Below are positions 50,528 through 64,000 of a stretch of 64,000 bases of DNA, in pieces. A program made the translations under genes and the position numbers. The notes below the pieces were generated by a model. That model searched no databases, was not told where the DNA came from, and was given only the letters and a program-made list of their open reading frames with translations. Every line of letters starts with the position of its first letter. Positions within the stretch are counted from its first letter, which is position 1. The DNA is from the human T2T-CHM13v2.0 reference genome, Homo sapiens, in NCBI RefSeq assembly GCF_009914755.1, contig NC_060931.1. The stretch is one strand, 5' to 3'.

Positions 50528-51118
50528 CTGCAAAAGTCTCTACTCATTTTAAACATGTACCAGGGCGGGATCTGATCCTGAGCACCCAGAAACTCAGCGT
50601 TCTGGATTCATACAGTCTTCCCTGCCTCCCCCTACACAGGGAGCCATCTGCAGTGAAGACACTGGCCTTGGTCTTTGGGACACATGGAACATATAGTGTT
50701 TATGGCAGGTCCAGTGGACTGTGCCTCATCTCCACGGAACTCCTATCTCACAAGTGCAGGTCAGGCAGAATAAGAAAAGTGATGGTCACACCTTTCTGGT
50801 CTCAAATTCCTGAAGTCAAGGTCGTCTTGTGACGGGTGTGACTGTCGCTAAAAGTGAAACAACAGGATGCAGGCCTGTGCAGGAAATGCAATTAGAACCG
50901 ACACTTCTTATACCTCTCTTCTCACTTATCTAATTATTATCTAATTAAATAAGATGTTCTGTCTACAGTAGAGGCAACCATACAGACAGGGTGACTTGCT
51001 CAGCTGGGGGACTTTGGCATGCTCGATCACACATGTATTAGTGACATGTACAGTTATTACTTTAGACTAAACGACAAAATATTGTCCTCTAGAGTAGAAT
51101 TAGAAAACAGAATTTTGA

Positions 51119-53059
<1,941 letters not shown>

Positions 53060-53996
53060 TCAATTGATCAACACCACATTCTTCCTGCCTCTGCTTCTCT
53101 CCCCGTGTGAGCTGAGAACATTCTTTTTCCTTCTTGTATTGGTTCCCTGAGTGGGGTCTTTGGACACCGTGAGGGCGTGCTGACACCCAGGCTTCCTTTG
53201 AGGGTGGGTGAGTAGGTTGCCCCGGATGCCCCCAGTCTCTGTGGGAGGAAGGCAATTCTGGGCTCTGGTTCTCTCTCTCCTGATTGCCCAATGATCTGCC
53301 TGGGGTTGGATGAAGGCTGCCATATTTGTCAGCACGTGGGCCAGGGAGACGGCTGGTGAAAGCGGACAGGAGCAGACGTTTCCTAATCATGCCACTCTCA
53401 GTCCCCCTTTCCCCAGCCTCCACCAGGCTGGCCTGGCTGGATTCCCACCCCGCCTCCCCACCATTCCACTGAATTCCTAGTCACGACTTCCTCCCCCTTT
53501 CATCATTCCGTGTGGCTCCATTCATTTTCTTGTCTTCCAGAAACGCGCTGAAGTTTCTTATTCACCGGGTAAGAACTTTCTCCCCTTTCCTGTCTGCCTC
53601 CTCCCCGGGAAAACCATATCAGCCTTTTGAATAGGTCTCCAGGCACCACGTGGAGGCCCGAGCTCCACGGCCGGACGGCCCTGGACAGACAGTCTACGAA
53701 GAAAGCCCAGGCGTGATCTCCGATGATAGGCTGCTTGGGCCTTTCTGGGTTCCCTTTATAGATGTTCCAGACAGTTCTATTCATCCTAAACTTCCTCGAA
53801 GGTTTAATAACAATCACTCAACCTGGGGCCATTTGGGAAGTATTGAGTCATCTTTACAACGGGGGAGTTGAGGTGGTGGTTGAATCAAGCCAAACTGCAC
53901 ATCCCTTCTTCCGAGAAGAGGTGCCCATGAGAGCACACTTCTACATGCCTGGTTACTCCAGGAATCAGTTCTTGTGAAAATGAATGAAAGTTTTGA

Positions 53997-55021
<1,025 letters not shown>

Positions 55022-55408
55022 TTTGTAGACTAATTCTATTACCCCAAAAGGTTGCCGGGCGGGACCGCCACAATGAATGACAACCCTGACTCAGGGGAGT
55101 TTGGGATGGCCCCAAACAGGTGGGTGCTGACTGTTCTCAGAGGAGTCTCTTCCTCTTTTCCTCACTGGATTCTCAGGTAATGCACAGACAAAAGTGCAGA
55201 AGGAAGTGTCACTGGCTCTGGTTTATTTTAATTTTTTTTTTTCCAAAGAGCTTTGATTAATAGAACTAAAAAAGAACAGAGTATAGCCAGGACCAAAATT
55301 GGAGGTAACAAATCCAAACTGTATCCAGGCTGAGTGTTGGCTCGGGAAAACCCACTTCATGGAGAAGAGGCGCCTTGAGGGTGGACAGGGAACCTGTCAG
55401 CTTTCCAT

Positions 55409-55960
55409 GGGCGGGGCCTGGCTTGAGGGGCGGGGCTCTGGATGAGAGTGGGCGGGGCTCTGGATGGGGATGCACAGGCCCTGGCTGGCAATGGGTGGAG
55501 CTCTGATGGGGTGGGTGGGGCTCTGAATAAGAATGGGTGGGGCTCTGGCTGGGAGTGGGTGCGGATCTGGATGGGGATGCACAAGGCCCTGAATGGGGAT
55601 GGGTGGAGCTCTGGGTGGGGTGAGCGGGGCTCTGAATGAGAATGGGTGGGGCTCTGAATGGGGTGGGCAGGGCTCTGGATGAGAATTGGTGGCACTTTGA
55701 AAGGAGTTGGGCGGGGCCCTGGATGAGAATGGGCGTGGCTCTGATTGGGGATGCACAGGGCCTGGCTGGATTGGGTGGGGTGCTGGATGAGAGTGGGTGG
55801 GGCTCTGGATGAGAGTGGATGGGGCTCTGGATGATTGTGGGTGGGGCTCTGGCTGGGGGTGGGCGGGGCTCTGGCTGGGGGTGGGCAGGGCTCTGGATGA
55901 TAATTGATGGTGCTTTGGGAGGAGTTGGGTGGCGCCCTGGATGGGGGTGTGCAGGTCTCT
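55409..55960. repeat. Degenerate G-rich minisatellite, ~20-23-bp unit
   Basis: Recurring gg(c/t)ggggctctg(g/a)atg(agag/ggg)tg, about 25 units. Confidence 0.9.
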
Positions 55961-57542
55961 GGACATGCATGGGTGTAGATCTGAACCTGTCAGCAGTGGT
56001 TGGAAGAGGGGTAATGGGAGGATAAAAGCAGGCTGTGGGAAAAGGTATGGTTCGGGAGAGACCATGGCCTCTGGACCTAGAATCTAGCTCTGCTGCTTGT
56101 CTGCTGCATAAGATGGACAAGTCCTTTGCCCCAGTCTCCTCATCAGCAACAGTCACCTCATGCAGATCAAATGGGAAGGTGCCTGTGAGGCACTCACATG
56201 GTGCCTGGCACGTGGTGGGCTCTAGGACTGGGTTCCCGTTTTTCCTTCCTCTGGGTTTCCCATCGTCTTCCCTGCAGAGGGGGTCAAGGCACATGAGTGT
56301 GTGTGCATACCTGTCCCCTCCCAAGACTTCTATGAGACTCAGTGCACCTGGACGTGTCTTCCCCTTGGGGAACATTTAATGCAACAGAAACCAGGAGACC
56401 GAGTTCTGGTTTCAGCCATGCCACTCACTGGCCATGTGACCCTCAGCTTTCTAGACACAGTCGTCCCATCTGAAAACGACAGGTTTGAGACAAGAGAAGT
56501 TATCTCCAGCTTCCCTACAAAGCCTCCAAAGTCCTGGGTCCTTGCCTGTGGCTCCAAAACGGGGTCACATCGTGAGTCCCTGTGGGCACTGTTGGTGGGG
56601 TCCTCGCCCTTCGGCTCCCACTCAGTCCCCTGTGTCCACTTGCTTGGTTCATGGGACCTCTGGGGGTCCTCACTACAGTCCCTGCCCACTGTGGGAATGT
56701 GGAGGGCACAGGCCAGGAAGCTCCTGACCCAAGGGGAGCCAGGGAGCTGAGTTGGATGGGGAAAGTGGCTCTTCCAGGTCTGGGTGGTGCCTGTGGGGTC
56801 TGGATGGCAATGGATGCTGGGTGGTTACCTGTTCAACCCCTCCTCACCCGTCCTCCTCCCCCCAACTGGAGGCTCCCATCTTCCCCAGGTCCCTGAGGGT
56901 GGATTATCAGTGCATATGCACAGACACTGGTGTGAGTGTGTGTATGAGTGTGAGAGAGTGATATATGGTGTGAGGTCAGGTGTGCATGCAGGTGCATGAG
57001 TGTGGGAAGGTGTGTGTGAGTGTGTGCATGTGCCTGTGTGAGGGTGTCAGAGCCCTGCCCCAGCTGCACATATGCAACAGATGAAGGGAGTTACTCTGGC
57101 TGTAGAGTTGCGGACTCAGATGCTTCCATGGGCTCCTCCTCCTCATCCACAGCAGCTCCTAGTGCCCTCTGTGCAGCTGGTAGATCTCTGGGCTAGTGGA
57201 CTTATAAACTCTAACATTCTGTGATTCCAAGATGTAAGACTCAGATGAGTCACTAGAGAAAACCTGGTAACAAAATCCCACTAAGGCACAGATGGCTGCC
57301 ATGCCCTTCTTCCCAGGGTATACATTTGGGCAGAGGAGGAGTCAGGGTGCTGGTAAAGTTGGGAAGGAGGGAGTGACCTGGGGTGACATGGGTACTTATG
57401 TCTGCAGGGAGCCATGGAGGGACACTGATGTCACATTCATGCAATAGGAAGGGAGAGGCCTTTCAAAAGGAGAAAAAGGAGGAGCCCCAGGTCCTAGGAG
57501 ATGCCTTCAGGGGTCTGCATGCATAAACACCTCAAACGGAGG

Positions 57543-57911
57543 TATCTTAGTCAGCTCAGGCTGCCATAACAAAATAGCATAGTCTGGGTGGCTTGAACAA
57601 CTGAAGTTTGTCTTCTCATGGTTCTGGAGGATGGAAGTCCAAGGTCAGGGTACAGCTTCCAGTAAGGGCTCTTTTCCTGGCTTGCAAACAGCCACCTTCT
57701 CATTGTATCTTCAAGGTGGGGAGAGAGGAAGAGAGAGAGCTGGCTAGTGTCTCTTCTTGTAAGGACACTAATCCCATCATGGGGACGCTACCCCAAGACC
57801 TCATCTAACCGTAATTATCTCCCAAAGGCCCCACTTCTGAATGCCATCATATCACGGGGTAGGGCTTCACCCTATGAATTTTGAAGTTGCAAAAACATTC
57901 AGTCCATAGCA
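57543..57911 (-). mobile_element. MLT1A-type solo LTR
   Basis: tatcttagtcagctcaggctgccataacaaaata...aacattcagtccatagca. Confidence 0.85.
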
Positions 57912-58670
57912 GAGGGGTGGAGAACCACTGGGTGGCCAGAAAGGGAAGACTGAACGTAACATGACGATGGCCTTTGGTAGTCACTGACAGCTTGCTATGT
58001 GTTAGGCATTGTGCTCAGAGTTCTATATGTATCAGCTCCCATCACTTTTGGGGCCCAAGGTGGGAATTTTTTCCCACACCTTGCACCCTCTGAACACAAC
58101 CACCCCAAAACACAGCCATCCCAACTGAGCACCCCAATGTCCCAAATAACTCAGTGTATTGCCCTTTAAGTCACAGACTTCCCTGGTGCATTTAAAATGA
58201 TTCCATTTAGCAAAATCAATTGACCCACAACTTTTTCAGGAACACAAATATTAGCTAATGCAAAAGACAAACAGAAAGGGATATTTTATCTCCTTGCATA
58301 ACTAGCTCAATAGTTTTCTTTTACCTCCCTGGAGAGGAAGCAGAGTTATATAAGTCAAGCTTTGGTGTCTCAGGATGTCTGAAGTCACTGATGGCAAAAA
58401 CTTAGAGTTCTAAGAGCCAGTCAGCCGTGAAACTCACTTTGTTAGTGGCAAAACAAGCAGGTTTGTAATCAACAAGTGTCCATTTCTTTTCTGTTCTGTG
58501 TACTCTTCACTTTTGGGGTGGGGGTCCCCACTGTTCTTGGGGTTGCCCTTTGAACACAATTAATCAGTATGTCTTTGCCCAAACTGGGGCAAGGGAGGTA
58601 TTCACAGACAATAGATCACTTATTTGGATCCTAATTTGTGTGTGCATCTTGCCCTATGCTTTTTCCTTCA

Positions 58671-60278
<1,608 letters not shown>

Positions 60279-61462
60279 ATTCTTTGCATTTCCTGGCTTT
60301 GAGGAATTTACAAAATGCAGTGCAGAAAACTGCACTATTGCTGGCTTTGTAAAACTCTATTATCATAGAAGAGAGGTGCTTGGTGTTCCAGAAGGGGAGG
60401 GTGGGAGACAGGCCTTGGAGGTTGCGGAGAAGAGGTGTGTGTATTTGTGGGTGGGGGTAGGGATCCTACTTGCAGGATCCGAGGAAGGGGCATCCAGCTG
60501 TATGGGGACTTGGCCAACACTTGGTGACAGGGCTTCAGGGCTGCTGCTGGTGCAGGCAGATGAATGGGCTTGGGAAACAGGGTCTCTGAGGTGGGAAAAG
60601 ATCTCTGCATCCTGGAGAGATTGCCATCTCCAAAGACAGAGCTGACAACGAATGGAGCTGCCCTGACCATAGTCAGGTGGCTCCACTCACTCTCAGATCT
60701 TGCCCCATCCAGCCTCGGTTCCTTCCTTTGAATTGACCAGAATGCTCCGGACATGACACGACATGCTCCCATCATGCAGGTTTGTGTGGATGGCACTTGG
60801 GTCTCATTTCTGGGCTCAGTTGGGTGTGTGACCAGTGCAGGTTCATGGAGCCCCGTGCTTGGAAAGGCCCCTCTCTTGGAGTTTAATGCTCTGTGGTTGC
60901 CATATTGAAATTCTCAATAGTTTCATCTTTGCATTTGTGTCTTGTAAGTGAAGTCTGATGGGACACAGAAGCTGCTCCCCAGTGTCCCCAGGACAGGTTC
61001 GCCCCCTTGCCTACACCGGGCCCTCCAGATGCCCAGTGCTGCCCTCTGTTCCTGGTGGGGCCTGAGCACAGGCATGGGCTGGGACGGGGGTATTCTGTTG
61101 TCCCATCCCTGTTACACACTTGGGGCTGCGTGGAGCACCCTGATGTGGAGCCCAAGGCGTCGTCATATCTGCTCCCTGCACACCCAGTGATATGCCTGAG
61201 TGTGGCCCTCTCTGCAGGTGAATCCTACGATGCTCATTCACCTTCTCCACTTAGGCTAGAAACAAGCGGGACTTTCAGAGGAAGGACATCATCTCCTCCG
61301 ATGGGAGCAGCCTGTGCACCCCTAGCCTGAACATCAGGCTCCGGCAGACTGTGGCTGCAAACAGCAAAGGGTCAACTCAGCTTTTGTGGCAGCCCCACGA
61401 CATGGGAGGCCATGGATAGAAGGAGGCAGGGGGCTAGTGGGCCAGAGGAGGTTGGTGGATGA

Positions 61463-61687
<225 letters not shown>

Positions 61688-61802
61688 TAGGACTAGCAGG
61701 TGCACACCACCATGCTCAGCTGGGATCAATAAATTGCCTCAGCTGTGCCTAGGCTGTGCTGTGGCCTCTGCTCTGGGAGTGAAAGCTTGTGGCTTCCTCT
61801 AG

Positions 61803-62942
<1,140 letters not shown>

Positions 62943-63089
62943 GACTGCATTTTTAAGAAAACATAAATACAATACCATCATCTCACTTAAAAAAAAAGTG
63001 TTAATCTCCAATATTGTTAAATAACTTGTCAGGATTCACGTCGTTTTCATTCTGTCTCTCTTCCTCCTCCTCCTTCCTCCAAAAAGGAA

Positions 63090-63535
63090 GCTTCCTAGGG
63101 CCAATGTAACTTATTACCACAATCCAGGTGGCTTAAGGCAACAAAAATTGATCCTCTCACAGTCTGGAGGCCAGAAGTCCAAAATTCAGGCGTCGGCAGG
63201 ACTGGTTCCTTCTGGAAGCTCTGAGGGACCGTCATCCTCTGCTTCTCTCCAGCTCCTGGGGTGGCCGGCAGCCTTGGCATTCCTTAGCTTGTAGTTGCAT
63301 CACTCTAGTCTCTGCCTCCATCTCCACCAGCCTCCTCCTTGTGTGTGTGTGTGTCTCTGTGTCTCTTCCTCTGGGGACACCAGTCCTTGGATTAGCACCC
63401 ACTCTAATCCAGCACGACCTCATTTTCACTTGATTAATGACCTCTGCAAAGATCCTATTTCCAAACAAGATCCCATACACAGGTTCGGGGTTTGGGACTT
63501 CTACATGTATTTTTGGGGAACACGGTTTAACCCCC
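63090..63535 (-). mobile_element. MLT1 (MLT1C-like) LTR
   Basis: ttcctagggccaatgtaac...ctctcacagtctggaggccagaagtccaaaattcagg...ctgcaaagatcctatttccaaacaag. Confidence 0.82.
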
Positions 63536-64000
63536 GTTGGGTCATACCTTGGGATTAGTGGGCACAAAGGTGCTGCTTTGAGTGCTGCTGCCTACAGCCA
63601 TGGCGGCCAAGGGCCCCTCTTCTGCCTGGGAGTAGAGGGGAAGGGTTACCTTCCACCCCAGAGGCAGCCTGTGGGTATAAACCCTCTCCAACTCCTTGCT
63701 TCTCAACAGGACAGCTCTGCAGGGCAATTTTCTCACCAAAGACCCCTTAAGTCTCATTTGGCTGTGGCCTGAGGTCATATCCTTGCTGGACTTCCCCTGT
63801 GCCCCGTCTTGCCTGGGCCTCCATCAATAAACCGTGTCCTTTCCTCTCCAATTCCCAACTCAGGCTTTGCTTCCTGGGACCTGATTTAAGAAAATATCTC
63901 ACTTGATAGGTTCCCCCTCTATGGTTTTGACATTTTGATTTAATTTAATTTTTTAAAGAAACTAGGTTATTTGTCCTGCAGAGTCCCCATTGGCTGGATG

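Noticed and set aside
55266-56375. 369-aa and 222-aa Pro-rich minus-strand ORFs
   Set aside because: Overlapping open frames caused by the C-rich strand of the minisatellite; no homology recognised and no exon structure.

Overview
Primate (human-type) genomic DNA, apparently intergenic or deep intronic, and very rich in repeats. I count about 60 or more Alu copies or fragments, roughly 30% of the window by eye. It also carries MaLR (THE1/MLT1), ERV1 and ERVL solo LTRs, old L1 fragments, MIR/L2 and DNA transposon fossils (MER1A/B, Tigger3). I find no credible protein-coding exon: every long ORF in the track comes from Alu, simple-repeat or minisatellite sequence. Firm non-TE features are (i) a disabled RPS26 processed pseudogene (minus strand, about 13430-14205), split by an Alu and nested in an ERV1 LTR; (ii) a 35-nt tailless U2 snRNA retrocopy with target-site duplication (TSD) at 26856-26890; (iii) a GC-box-rich CpG-island-like block (about 5480-6240); and (iv) two structured minisatellites, one a 60-bp alternating purine/pyrimidine unit and one a G-rich ~22-bp unit. 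Several repeat-free, motif-rich blocks may be enhancers. I could not fix the chromosomal locus from sequence alone. I see no good evidence for a new multi-component biological system; the most unusual signals are fold-back Alu structures, nested retro-insertions and the minisatellites. Repeat subfamily names come from recalled consensus sequences, and most repeat boundaries are approximate.
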